The notes: a model not told the origin generated them from the letters alone. DNA of 64,000 nucleotides from Caulobacteraceae bacterium (GCA_035551675.1 DASZMV010000068.1:5675-69674), one strand, 5' to 3'; shown: positions 8,840 through 18,423, counted from the first letter of the stretch. Translations and numbers: made by a program.

Positions 8840-10750
8840 GTGATGATCGGGTCTATTGCCGCAATGGCGGCGGCATTGTCCACGGCGCCCATGGTGACTG
8901 ACTACCAGGATGTGGCGCTGTCTCCCGCAGGCGATAAGATCGCGTCAGTAGATACGGCCGCGACAGGCGAAGAGACCAGTCTACCTCACGGAGTGATCGT
9001 GATCCGCTCCGCTGCGAGCGGCGAGGTCGAGAGCCGGATCGATCCCTGCGCCGCCTGCTTCTATTCGGCGCCGCGCTGGTCGCCCAACGGCGACACGCTG
9101 GCTTTCCTGAGTGCGGACTATACGACCCTCACGGCACGGCTGCAGCTGTGGAAGGATGGAAAGGTGAGTACGGTCGCCGAGTTGCACGGCGTGGCCGGCG
9201 AGCCGCGCTGGTCGCCTGACGGATCGTCGCTCTCGTTTCTCGCGACGGTCAATGCGGCCAAGAAGGCGGGAGCCGGGGAAGCCGCGGCGGCGCTCACCGG
9301 CGACATCGGGGCGCAGTACGACGAGCAGCGCATCGCCGTCGTGCCGACCTCCGGCGGCGAGGTGCGCTTCGCTTCGCCCGCGGACACCTATGTCTACGAG
9401 TACGACTGGACGCCGGACGGCCGCGGCTTCGTGGGCACGGCCGCGAAGGGCAACGGAGACAACAACTGGTGGGTGGCCAAGCTCGAGGCTTTCGACCTTG
9501 CAACCGGGTCCGCGCGCGTCATCGCTGCGCCCAAGACTCAGATGATGTTTCCGCGGGTCGCGCCGGACGGAAAAGCCGTCATGTTCGTCGGCGGCCTGAT
9601 GAGCGACTTCGGCTCGGCCGGCGGCGATCTCTACAGGGTTCCCATCGGCGGCGGCGAAGCGGTCGATCTGACGCCGGGTTTCAAGGGGACCTTCACCTCC
9701 ATTGTCTGGAACACGCGCGCGCCGATCGCTACGGCGCTCGTCGGCGAAAAGACCGAGATCATCCGTCTTGACGCGCAGACGGGCAAACCCGAGGTTCTCT
9801 GGTCGGGTCCGGTTTCACTTTTCGCCACCGTGTTCAACGGCCGCGTGTCGCTCAACGCCGATGCCTCGCGGGTCGCCGCCGAAGTGGTCGACTTCGAACA
9901 TCCCGCCGCGCTGGCGGCTGGTCCCATCGGCGACATGAAACGTATCAGCCACGACAACGACGCCGTCGCGCCTACCCTGTCCGCGCGCAGCGTCCACTGG
10001 AAGAATGGCGGTTACGACATCCAGGGCTGGCTTCTGGGACCGCGCCGGCTGACGCCTGGGAAGACCTACCCGATGATCGTCCAGGCGCACGGGGGACCGA
10101 GCGCGGCGGCCATTCCCTATTTCATGGGCTCGGGAACCACCGCGGATCTGATCGCCCACGGTTATTTTGTGTTCTTGCCCAACCCCCGCGGGAGTTTCGG
10201 CCAGGGCGAGACGTTCACCCGCGCCAACATTCGTGATTTCGGCGGCGGCGACTTCAGCGACATCCTGGCAGGGGTGGACGCGGCGGAAAAGGTCGCGCCC
10301 ATCGACGACAACCGTCTCGGCATCAACGGCAACAGCTATGGCGCGGTGATCTCGATGTGGGCGGTAACCCACTCCGCCCGCTTCAAGGCCGCGGTAGCCG
10401 GCGCAGGCATTTCCGATTGGATGAGCTATTACGGCGAGAACGGCATCGACGAGTGGCTGATTCCGTTCTTCGGCGCCTCCGCCTATGACGACCCGGCGAT
10501 CTACGACAAGCTCTCGGCTATCCGCTACATCAAGAACGCTCACACGCCGACCTTCCTATGGGTCGGCGAGCGCGACCAGGAATGTCCGCCGCCGCAGTCG
10601 CAGGAGTTTTGGCACGGCCTGCGCGACATGGGCGTGCCGACCGAGCTCGTCATCTACCCCGGCGAGGGACACGGCGTGCGTCAACCCAAGAACGTTCACG
10701 ACCTCGAGAAACGAATTCTCGACTGGTACGGAAAATACCTGGGCGAGTGA
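8840..10750 (+). CDS. S9-family serine peptidase (prolyl oligopeptidase / acylaminoacyl peptidase type) with N-terminal beta-propeller
   Basis: 636 aa. Repeated WSPDG/WSPNG propeller motifs. Nucleophile elbow GNSYGA. C-terminal GERDQECP and GEGHGV, consistent with the Asp and His of the triad. The ATG at 8843 is an alternative start. Confidence 0.85.
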   Translation: MMIGSIAAMAAALSTAPMVTDYQDVALSPAGDKIASVDTAATGEETSLPHGVIVIRSAASGEVESRIDPCAACFYSAPRWSPNGDTLAFLSADYTTLTARLQLWKDGKVSTVAELHGVAGEPRWSPDGSSLSFLATVNAAKKAGAGEAAAALTGDIGAQYDEQRIAVVPTSGGEVRFASPADTYVYEYDWTPDGRGFVGTAAKGNGDNNWWVAKLEAFDLATGSARVIAAPKTQMMFPRVAPDGKAVMFVGGLMSDFGSAGGDLYRVPIGGGEAVDLTPGFKGTFTSIVWNTRAPIATALVGEKTEIIRLDAQTGKPEVLWSGPVSLFATVFNGRVSLNADASRVAAEVVDFEHPAALAAGPIGDMKRISHDNDAVAPTLSARSVHWKNGGYDIQGWLLGPRRLTPGKTYPMIVQAHGGPSAAAIPYFMGSGTTADLIAHGYFVFLPNPRGSFGQGETFTRANIRDFGGGDFSDILAGVDAAEKVAPIDDNRLGINGNSYGAVISMWAVTHSARFKAAVAGAGISDWMSYYGENGIDEWLIPFFGASAYDDPAIYDKLSAIRYIKNAHTPTFLWVGERDQECPPPQSQEFWHGLRDMGVPTELVIYPGEGHGVRQPKNVHDLEKRILDWYGKYLGE

Positions 10751-10794
10751 CGGCGAGACGCCGAGCGCGACGGAATCGGAAAGGAGGCGCAGCG

Positions 10795-12741
10795 ATGCGC
10801 AGATCTGTTCTCCTGGCTCTTGCGACCGCAGGCGTCTTTTCGAGCGCGGCGATCACCGTCGCTGCACCCGTGCCGGACGCGACGCCGAGGGCGGCGACGA
10901 ATCCGAGCAGCGTGACCTCACCGCGCAACCCGGCGGCGAAGCCGGTTCCGCTCGACCGGCTGTTTCAGGTCCACGAAGGAGATACCGCGACCTGGGCGGC
11001 GGACGGTCGATCGGTGATCTTCGCGTCTGACCAGGGCGGCCGGATGAATCTCTGGCGCCGGCCGGTCGACGGCGGGCCCGCGCAACAGGTCACGCGATCT
11101 GAAGATCGTCAGTGGGTGCAGGTAGCGACTCGCGATGGACGGTGGGTCGTCTTCCAGTCCGACCACGACGGCCACGAGATGAACGACCTCTTCGCCGTGC
11201 CGCCCAAAGGCGGCGAAGCGGTGAACCTGACCGACACCCCCGATGTCACTGAAACCTTCCCGATTACCTCTTGGGACAGCCGATTTGCCGCCTTCGCGCG
11301 CAGGGGCAAGGCCGAGACCGCCGCAAACGCGGCGGTGCTCGACTTCGCGACTCACAAGGTCCGGATCCTGACCCACGAGGGTGATTCGTCGATGAGTTGG
11401 CAGCCGGTGGCCTTCTCGCACGACGGTCGCCGTCTCATCGTAAATCGGGCCGACCTCGCCCAGTCGCATGGCGCGGTCTACAGCATCGATCTCCGCGACG
11501 GCTCGTCCAAGCGCCTGACGACCGACGACGGCAAGGCCTACGCGAGCGCGTCGGATCTGTCGCCCGACGGACGCACGATCGCGCTCACGATCCTGACCGC
11601 GAGCGGCCGCAATCAAGCCGCAGTGCTCGACATCGCTTCCGGCCGAGTGCGCCTGGCGTCGCCATCGGCGTGGGAACAATCGTCGGAGCGCTTTTCACCC
11701 GACGGCCGGACATTGCTGCTCCTGAGCAACGTCGATGGGCGCGACGTGGTCTACGCCTTTGGTGTGAAGACCGGCCGCGCGCACCCCCTGCCGCTGCCCG
11801 CCGGGAAGAACTGGGGCTACCTGCTGCCGGCCTATTCTCCCCAAGGTAATCGGCTGTTGTTCCAGCATCAGAGTGGATCGATGCCGTCGGAATATTGGGT
11901 ATCGGACCGTACGGGCAAATCGGCGCGGCCGGTTACCGACTTCGGCCATCTGCCGGCGGGAGGTCTCCCCCCCACAGGCATCGTCCACTACCGCTCCGCC
12001 GACGGCACCATGATCAGCGCCGTGCTGTGGACGCCGTTCAATCTGCCGCGCAATGGAAATGCGCCCGCGGTCGTCATCGCTCACGGCGGTCCGACGGATC
12101 AGACCCGCGACGCCTTCAATCGTACGGCGACGGCGCTGGCGTCGCGGGGTTATTTCGTCCTGGCGCCCAATCCGCGCGGGTCCACCGGCTATGGGCACAC
12201 GTTCCTGCTGGCCAACCGCAACGACCTCGGCGGCGGCGACCTTCAGGACGAGGTCGCGGGCGCGAAGTTCCTCGTCGCCACCGGCTACGTCAGTCGCTCT
12301 CACATCGGTATCACCGGCGGATCCTACGGCGGGTACATGACTCTGATCGCCCTGTCGAAGACGCCTGATGTCTGGGCTGCGGGCGTCGAGGACTACGGCG
12401 TCGTCAACTGGCGCACCATGTACGAACTGGGCTCACCCGCGCTACGCTTCTACGTGTCCGGCCTGATCGGCGCACCGGACAAGAACCCCGACATTTATGC
12501 CGCGGTGAGCCCGTTGACCTATCTCGCACAGGTGAAGGCGCCGTTGCTGGTGCTACAGGGCGAAAACGACCCACGCGTGCCAGCCGAGGAAGCGCGCCAG
12601 GTGGTCGACTTCATTCACAAAAAGGGCGGTGTGGTGGATGCCCATTTCTATGCCGGCGAAGGTCATGGTTTCTCCCGGCCGGAGGACGAGAAGGATGCGC
12701 TTCAGCGCACCGTCGACTGGTTCGACAGATATCTGAAGTAG
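10795..12741 (+). CDS. Secreted S9-family serine peptidase (second paralogue)
   Basis: Start chosen at the ATG preceded by AAGGAGG (10781-10787). Signal peptide MRRSVLLALATAGVFSSAAITVAAP. Motifs GGSYGGYM, GENDPRVP and GEGHGF. Confidence 0.85.
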   Translation: MRRSVLLALATAGVFSSAAITVAAPVPDATPRAATNPSSVTSPRNPAAKPVPLDRLFQVHEGDTATWAADGRSVIFASDQGGRMNLWRRPVDGGPAQQVTRSEDRQWVQVATRDGRWVVFQSDHDGHEMNDLFAVPPKGGEAVNLTDTPDVTETFPITSWDSRFAAFARRGKAETAANAAVLDFATHKVRILTHEGDSSMSWQPVAFSHDGRRLIVNRADLAQSHGAVYSIDLRDGSSKRLTTDDGKAYASASDLSPDGRTIALTILTASGRNQAAVLDIASGRVRLASPSAWEQSSERFSPDGRTLLLLSNVDGRDVVYAFGVKTGRAHPLPLPAGKNWGYLLPAYSPQGNRLLFQHQSGSMPSEYWVSDRTGKSARPVTDFGHLPAGGLPPTGIVHYRSADGTMISAVLWTPFNLPRNGNAPAVVIAHGGPTDQTRDAFNRTATALASRGYFVLAPNPRGSTGYGHTFLLANRNDLGGGDLQDEVAGAKFLVATGYVSRSHIGITGGSYGGYMTLIALSKTPDVWAAGVEDYGVVNWRTMYELGSPALRFYVSGLIGAPDKNPDIYAAVSPLTYLAQVKAPLLVLQGENDPRVPAEEARQVVDFIHKKGGVVDAHFYAGEGHGFSRPEDEKDALQRTVDWFDRYLK

Positions 12742-13806
12742 TCACACCGCCACCCTGGCCATGTTCGCCTCGCGAATGTTCGCGCCGTCCGCGTCGTAGA
12801 GGAAGGGCACGAAGCAGTAGCGCACGCCGCGGGTGACCGGCGTCACCTCGTGCAGGAGCGAACAGCAGAACACCACCGCCCCGCCCGTGGGCGGCCGATA
12901 GAGCCGCCGCCCGAACTCGGGAAAGCGCAGGTCGCCGCCGTCGTAGTCGTCGGCGTTCAGGTTGATGGTCACGGCGAACTTGCGATGCGCGGTGCCGGCG
13001 GTGGCGTCGTCGCGGTGGGCGCTGAAGAAACCCTGGTCGGAGGCGCCGTAGCGACAGACGAGAAACCGTTCGATCTCGGTGGCCTGCCAGTTGAAGGCGC
13101 GCTTCACCATCGGCAGCAGACGCCGGTCCAGGCGGGCCCGCGTTTCGGCGAGCAACGCCTCGTCTTCGATCGTCGCATCCTGGCGGCGTTTGAACAGCGG
13201 ATTGACGATGGTGGTGGTCTTGCCCTCGACCTCGGCAGCGAAGCCCGACTCGGAGCCGCCGTCGTGCTCGAAATATTGGATCAGGCGGGCGCAGAAATCC
13301 GGCTCGAACACGCGCGGAAGCACCAGCACCGGCGCGAACGGCTGTTCGGTCTCGGCCCGTTCGGCGGCAAGTCGGCGTTCGAGTTCGTCGAGCACGGCGC
13401 CGGTGGCCTCGATGGTCTCGGCCATGACGATGCGCAGCGCGCGGTCGATCAGGAAGACCGCCGGCTGCAGGCCCCCGTCGCGAACGAGGCCGTACAGTTT
13501 GAAAATCTCGAGGTCGAAGTCCCAGAAGCAGCGCAAGCCCGGGATGCGCGCGCCCTCGCCCGGCGCGCCACGGTCGGCGCGATCGGCGCTGACGCCGAAA
13601 TAGGCGGCCTCGCGGTCGTCGAACAGGGAGCGCCGCGCGAGGATGGCTCCATAGGCATCGCGACAGGCCGGCTGAGCGAGCGAGCCGAATGCCTGCAAGA
13701 CGATCCAACGACCACCGGCCACGCCGATGTTGTAGTTGGCGACGCCGTCGATCTCGGCGGTGAACAGGGGCGCGAGTTCGCCGAAATCTGGCGCGCGCGC
13801 GGTCAC
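12742..13806 (-). CDS. Fusion protein: thioredoxin-fold (redoxin/AhpC-TSA-like) N-domain plus 2OG-Fe(II) oxygenase C-domain
   Basis: 354 aa. The C-terminal half has an HxD...H pattern (SAHRDD ... LLHEV ... TRGVRY) within a PKHD/P4H-like jelly-roll context. The GTG start overlaps the flhB stop codon (GTGA). Confidence 0.6.
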   Translation of the reverse strand: MTARAPDFGELAPLFTAEIDGVANYNIGVAGGRWIVLQAFGSLAQPACRDAYGAILARRSLFDDREAAYFGVSADRADRGAPGEGARIPGLRCFWDFDLEIFKLYGLVRDGGLQPAVFLIDRALRIVMAETIEATGAVLDELERRLAAERAETEQPFAPVLVLPRVFEPDFCARLIQYFEHDGGSESGFAAEVEGKTTTIVNPLFKRRQDATIEDEALLAETRARLDRRLLPMVKRAFNWQATEIERFLVCRYGASDQGFFSAHRDDATAGTAHRKFAVTINLNADDYDGGDLRFPEFGRRLYRPPTGGAVVFCCSLLHEVTPVTRGVRYCFVPFLYDADGANIREANMARVAV

Positions 13807-14900
13807 AGCGGCCGCGTCCGCGGCTTACGGCGCAGCGCCTTTGCGCTCATGATGAAGCCGATCACCTTGGCCACCGCCTCGTAGTGCTCGCGCGGGATCA
13901 CGTCGTCGACCTCGGCCACCGCATAGAGCGCGCGCGCCAGCGGCGGATCTTCGACAATGGGAATCTCGTGTTCGGCGGCGACTTCGCGGATCTTCATGGC
14001 GATGTCGTCCATTCCCTTGGCCATGACGATGGGCGCCGCCGTCTCACCGGAGACATAACGCAGCGCAACCGCGTAGTGGGTCGGGTTGGTCACTACCAGC
14101 GTCGCCTTGGGTACATTGGCCATCATCCGCTTGCGTGCGCGCAGGGTGCGGATCTGTCTGAGCCGGGCTTTGATATGCGGGTCGCCTTCGGACTGTTTGA
14201 TGTCTTCCTTCAGTTCCTCGCGCGACATGCGCATGCGCACCAGGAAGCGCTGACGCTGCCACAGCCAGTCAAGGCCGGCGGTGACGCCGAGAAAGGTGAG
14301 CGCCGAGGTGGTGAGCGCGAGCAGCAAGGTGCGCGCAAACGGCAGGATGGCGCCGGGCTCCAGCATCGAGGCCTGCGCCAGCTCCGCCTCGTGCGGCTTC
14401 AGCACCCGCCACGCGACCCATCCGGTGATCACCAGCTTGATCAGGGTCTTGACGAACTGGGCGAGGCCGTCGACGCCGTAGATGCGCTTGAACCCCGAGA
14501 CCGGCGAGACCTTGGACAGGTCCGGCGCCAGCTTGCCGGTGGTCCACATCACCCCCGACTGCACGACGTTGCCGAAGGTCCCGGCGATGGCGCCCGCCAC
14601 CATCACGCCGAGCGTCAAGGGCGCGCCGACCAGCATCGCCTTGCGCGCCACCACCGCGCCGCCGCCGGAATCGAGCGCGGCGATCATCTCGTGCGGCGCG
14701 GCGAGAAAGCCCGCGAGGCCCTCCGCCAGATGGCGCGACATCGGGCCGCCCACCGACAGCATGGTCGCGCAGATGGCGGCGAGCGTGACCCAGCTCGCCA
14801 GATCCTGCGACTTGGCGACGTCGCCCTTCCGGCGCGCTTCCTCGAGTTTGCGGGGTGTCGCCTCTTCGGTCTTCGAGGCTGTGTCGCGCTCTTCGGCCAC
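13803..14900 (-). CDS. flhB: Flagellar export apparatus switch protein FlhB
   Basis: 365 aa. N-terminus KTEEATPRKLEEARRKGDVAKSQDL, four TM segments, and the NPTH autocleavage motif (VVTNPTHYAVAL). Confidence 0.95.
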   Translation of the reverse strand: MAEERDTASKTEEATPRKLEEARRKGDVAKSQDLASWVTLAAICATMLSVGGPMSRHLAEGLAGFLAAPHEMIAALDSGGGAVVARKAMLVGAPLTLGVMVAGAIAGTFGNVVQSGVMWTTGKLAPDLSKVSPVSGFKRIYGVDGLAQFVKTLIKLVITGWVAWRVLKPHEAELAQASMLEPGAILPFARTLLLALTTSALTFLGVTAGLDWLWQRQRFLVRMRMSREELKEDIKQSEGDPHIKARLRQIRTLRARKRMMANVPKATLVVTNPTHYAVALRYVSGETAAPIVMAKGMDDIAMKIREVAAEHEIPIVEDPPLARALYAVAEVDDVIPREHYEAVAKVIGFIMSAKALRRKPRTRPL

Positions 14901-14903
14901 CGC

Positions 14904-15659
14904 TTACCCCAGGAACAGACCGGCGAGGTCGCGGTAGCGCGACACCCAGACGAGCCCCAGCGTGCCCAGGCTCAGCGCAAACACCGACAGGCCCATCAAT
15001 ACGTTCAAGGGGGTGGCGGCGAAGAACACCTGGAACTGCGGCATCACGCGCCCGATCAAGCCCGTCGCCGCGTTGAACACGAGAGAAAACACCAGCACCG
15101 GCGCCGCCAGCTGAACCCCTACCATGAAGGCTTCGCTGGTGAGCTTGATGGCCAGCTGACCCGCGTCGCCGACCAACAGGTGCTTATGCGGCGCGAACAG
15201 CTGGTACGAGTTGGCGATGGCGCCGATGAACAGGTGATGCAGGTTGGTGGCGAATACCAGGGTCAGGCCGGTCACCGTCAGGAAGGAAGCCAGGCTCATC
15301 TCCGGCGGCGCATCGGGGTTGGCGGTCTGGGCGAACGACAGCGAGGTCTGAATCGAAACGATCTCGCCCGCCACGTTCAACGCGCTCATCAGGGTCCGCA
15401 ACAGGGCGCCCAGCATCAGGCCCACGGTCGCTTCGCGCAGCACCCAGCCGCCCATGGCGCCGACCGTGTCGGGAAGCGTGGGCAGCGTCGACTGCACGAT
15501 CGGCGTCAGCGCCATCGCCAGGAGCAGCGCGAAGGTGAGGCGCACGCGGATCGACACCGACGCTTCGCCCACGCCCGGCAGCAGCATCAGGACCGCGCCG
15601 ACGCGCGCAAAGACGAGCGCGCCTGCCCAGACCTGATCGGGCGAGGCCCAGTGTCCCAT
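14904..15659 (-). CDS. fliR: Flagellar export apparatus protein FliR
   Basis: 251-aa polytopic membrane protein lying between fliQ and flhB, the canonical position. Confidence 0.9.
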   Translation of the reverse strand: MGHWASPDQVWAGALVFARVGAVLMLLPGVGEASVSIRVRLTFALLLAMALTPIVQSTLPTLPDTVGAMGGWVLREATVGLMLGALLRTLMSALNVAGEIVSIQTSLSFAQTANPDAPPEMSLASFLTVTGLTLVFATNLHHLFIGAIANSYQLFAPHKHLLVGDAGQLAIKLTSEAFMVGVQLAAPVLVFSLVFNAATGLIGRVMPQFQVFFAATPLNVLMGLSVFALSLGTLGLVWVSRYRDLAGLFLG

Positions 15660-15692
15660 CTACTCAGGACCTAATTTACGCAGGACCATGGG

Positions 15693-15956
15693 TCACATGC
15701 CCGCGATGCGGGCGGCCATCTGGTGCATGAAACCGCCGAGCAGCGCGCCCATCAGCGGCAGGAAGATGAGCAGCGACACGAAGATGGCCAGGATCTTCGG
15801 CGCATAGATCAGGGTGGCTTCCTGGATCTGGGTCAGGGCCTGCAGCAGGCCGATGGCCACGCCCACGATCAGGCCCACGATCAGGACCGGCGCGCAGAGC
15901 TGGATGGTGAGCCAGATCGCGTCGCGACCGACGTCGAGCACGTCCGCGCCGTTCAT
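15693..15956 (-). CDS. fliQ: Flagellar export apparatus protein FliQ
   Basis: 87 aa with two TM helices, directly upstream of fliR. Confidence 0.9.
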   Translation of the reverse strand: MNGADVLDVGRDAIWLTIQLCAPVLIVGLIVGVAIGLLQALTQIQEATLIYAPKILAIFVSLLIFLPLMGALLGGFMHQMAARIAGM

Positions 15957-16024
15957 GACGCCCTACTCCGTTAAGGTTTGACGCGGCCCCACCGCCGCTA
16001 CACCCGGCGAAATTTGCCGCCCCT

Positions 16025-17143
16025 ATGGTTAACGAACCCATACTTGACCCCGGCCGGGATCGGCCCCACCCCTACCACGTGAGCGATTTTCCCCAGCTTC
16101 GAACCGCGGCCGACGGCGGCGACCTCACCGCACAATTCGAGCTCGCCAAGGCGCTCGATGGCGCGGGTCGCCATAGCGAGGCGCTGGACTGGCTCGCGCG
16201 GGCGAGCGACGCGGGCAGCGCCGACGCCGCGCTGTTGCTGGGCGTGCGCCTGTTCACCGGCCAGGCGGCGCCGAAATCCCTGAAGGACGGGGTCGCGAAG
16301 ATCGCCCGCGCCGCGGACTTGGGCTCGGCGGAAGCCTGCGGCTACCTTGCCGCCTTCGCCGCCGAAGGCATGGCCCTTCCGCAAGACTGGAACGCGGCGC
16401 TGGACTGGCTGGCGACCGGCGCCGGACGCGGCAACGAAGCCTGTCGCGCGCAACTGCGGCTGCTGGCGCCCGAAGCGGTCTCGGATGATTGGCCCAAAGC
16501 GCGCGCGAGCATCGACCTCGACGCCTGGCTCGCCACGCCGGCGGCGAAGATCCTGTCGCAGTCGCCGCGCGTCGTGACCGTCGAAGCCTTCCTTGCGCCG
16601 CAGATCTGCGCCTGGATGATCGAGAGCGCGCGCGACAAGCTGACCGTTGCTCCGATCTACGACGATCAAACCGGCGGCGCGCTGAAGTCCGAGCGACGCA
16701 GCAACACCAACGCCGTCTTCCATCCGATCGAGGGCGACGTGATCCACGCCCTGGTTCGGGCGCGCATGGGCCGCGTCGCCGACGTCTCGCCGCTGGTCAT
16801 GGAGCCGCTGGCCGTGCTGCACTACGATGTCGGCCAGGAGTTCCGGCGCCACGTCGACTTCATCAACCCCGGCGTGCCGAGCTTCGCCCTGGAGATCGCG
16901 GAGAAGGGCCAGCGGATCGCGACCTTCCTCACCTACCTCAACGAGGATTTCGAGGGCGCTGAAACCGAATTCCCCGTGCTGGCCCTGCGCTGGAGGGGTA
17001 AGACCGGCGACGCGATCTTGTTCCGCAACGTCGATCCTTCCGGCGCCCCGGACCGCCGCACCCTGCACGCGGGACGCACGCCCACGCGGGGCGAGAAGTG
17101 GCTGCTGTCGCAGTTCATCCGCGACAAGACGCAGACCTATTGA
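16025..17143 (+). CDS. Sel1-repeat / prolyl 4-hydroxylase-like 2OG-Fe(II) oxygenase
   Basis: 372 aa. N-terminal Sel1-like repeats (AQFELAKALDGAGRHSEALDWLARASDAGSADA ...). C-terminal P4H core with RHVDF (HxD), TLHAG (distal His) and GEKWLLSQF (Lys). Divergent from fliQ across 68 bp. Confidence 0.75.
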   Translation: MVNEPILDPGRDRPHPYHVSDFPQLRTAADGGDLTAQFELAKALDGAGRHSEALDWLARASDAGSADAALLLGVRLFTGQAAPKSLKDGVAKIARAADLGSAEACGYLAAFAAEGMALPQDWNAALDWLATGAGRGNEACRAQLRLLAPEAVSDDWPKARASIDLDAWLATPAAKILSQSPRVVTVEAFLAPQICAWMIESARDKLTVAPIYDDQTGGALKSERRSNTNAVFHPIEGDVIHALVRARMGRVADVSPLVMEPLAVLHYDVGQEFRRHVDFINPGVPSFALEIAEKGQRIATFLTYLNEDFEGAETEFPVLALRWRGKTGDAILFRNVDPSGAPDRRTLHAGRTPTRGEKWLLSQFIRDKTQTY

Positions 17144-17146
17144 GCC

Positions 17147-18370
17147 TCAGAAGACTTCCGGCGCGCCGCAGATCCGCACCTTCCACCAGCGCACCTTGAA
17201 GGCGCCGGGGTGCAGGGCGACGCAGACCGTGTCGCCGACCGCGACCTGACTAAACATGCGCGACCCGACGTCGACCGAATCGCCGGCGAGGTTCGGTCCC
17301 CAGGGCGCCAGGATCAGGTCGTAGGCGGTGTGGCGTCGGCCGTAACTCACGTGCTTGCTGGTGACCGCGACCTGAAACTCTTGTGGCGCCGCGTGATCGA
17401 GCAGGGCGTTGATCTCCACCGCCGCGCCCCAGCCGTAGCCGAGCCCCACCATCCACAGCACAAACAGGGTGAACGGCGTGGCCAGCGCCTTGGGATCGGC
17501 GCGATAGGCGGCGCCGGTGAGGAGCAGCGACACAACCGCCGCCAGCGGGAGCACCACCATCCAGTCGAGCACGCTGAAGTCAAACACCGAGCGGATCAGA
17601 AGCCCGAATCCGGCGAAGAACAGCCCCGCCACCGACGGCCGCGGATCGTGGCGCGGGTTCTGGTTGATGGTCATCACCCCGCGCGACCAGAACACCACCC
17701 CCACCGCCGCAAGCGGCGCCAATCCCGAGACCGCGACCGCCAGGGCGTAGGGTTTGGGGTAGATCCAGGCCCAGCTGAGGATCGCCCATCCCGCTACGTT
17801 CAACGCGTGGGCGATCTGGGTCATGGTCGCGACCGTCGCGGTGCGCGCCTGCGGGGTCGCGCCGAGGTCGGGGCGCGTCTGCAGGTCGCGCTCCATGTCG
17901 TCGCGATCGCGCTTGTCGAGATCGGGGATTCCCTTGAACCAGTCGGTGTAGGCCGCGTCGGTTCCGTACATGGGCGCGCGCAGGGTCGCGTGCTCGCCGG
18001 TGGTGTAGAGCTGCATGACCGGCCGGCCGCGCGCCGGATAGTAGGTGCGGTAGCCGGTGATCTCGTTCTTCGACAGCTCTCGCGTGCCGAACATACCGAC
18101 CGACACGAACCGATCCGGATAGAGCATGGTGCGGATGCGATAGGCGCCGAGCGCGAACATCGCGCCGACGGCAAGCGCGATCAGGAACGCCAGGGGAAAG
18201 AAGATCGCCGACGAGGCCGACAGGTTGACCCCCGGGTGGAACACGTACCACCAGATCCCCCACAGGCCGCCCCCCATGAAGGCGAGGCCGATGACGGCGC
18301 CCAGCGCCTGCTCGATCGGCAATGGCGCGTAGACCTTTGGTTCCGACATCGCGGAGACGGAGATGGTCAC
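17147..18370 (-). CDS. Uncharacterised polytopic membrane protein (407 aa)
   Basis: Two N-terminal TM segments, a roughly 100-aa soluble insert, about five more TM segments, and a C-terminal soluble domain. No motif recognised. Lies 53 bp downstream of fliE on the same strand. Confidence 0.6.
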   Translation of the reverse strand: MTISVSAMSEPKVYAPLPIEQALGAVIGLAFMGGGLWGIWWYVFHPGVNLSASSAIFFPLAFLIALAVGAMFALGAYRIRTMLYPDRFVSVGMFGTRELSKNEITGYRTYYPARGRPVMQLYTTGEHATLRAPMYGTDAAYTDWFKGIPDLDKRDRDDMERDLQTRPDLGATPQARTATVATMTQIAHALNVAGWAILSWAWIYPKPYALAVAVSGLAPLAAVGVVFWSRGVMTINQNPRHDPRPSVAGLFFAGFGLLIRSVFDFSVLDWMVVLPLAAVVSLLLTGAAYRADPKALATPFTLFVLWMVGLGYGWGAAVEINALLDHAAPQEFQVAVTSKHVSYGRRHTAYDLILAPWGPNLAGDSVDVGSRMFSQVAVGDTVCVALHPGAFKVRWWKVRICGAPEVF

Positions 18371-18423
18371 CTTAAACCCCCTTCAGGCGACACGCTGTAA
18401 CGCGCGGGGGCCCGCGCGGCGCG

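Noticed and set aside
8840-12741. Two adjacent S9 peptidase genes as a novel two-component system.
   Set aside because: Tandem paralogous secreted or periplasmic S9 peptidases are common in soil and aquatic proteobacteria. Beyond adjacency, nothing in the sequence suggests a special system.
15957-16060. A full CtrA box (TTAA-N7-TTAAC) in the fliQ promoter, and likewise upstream of ftsZ (56737-56956).
   Set aside because: Only isolated half-sites are present (TTAA at 15971-15974, GTTAA at 16029-16033, TTAA at 56809 and 56829, TTAAC at 56881). Their spacings are wrong for a CtrA box.
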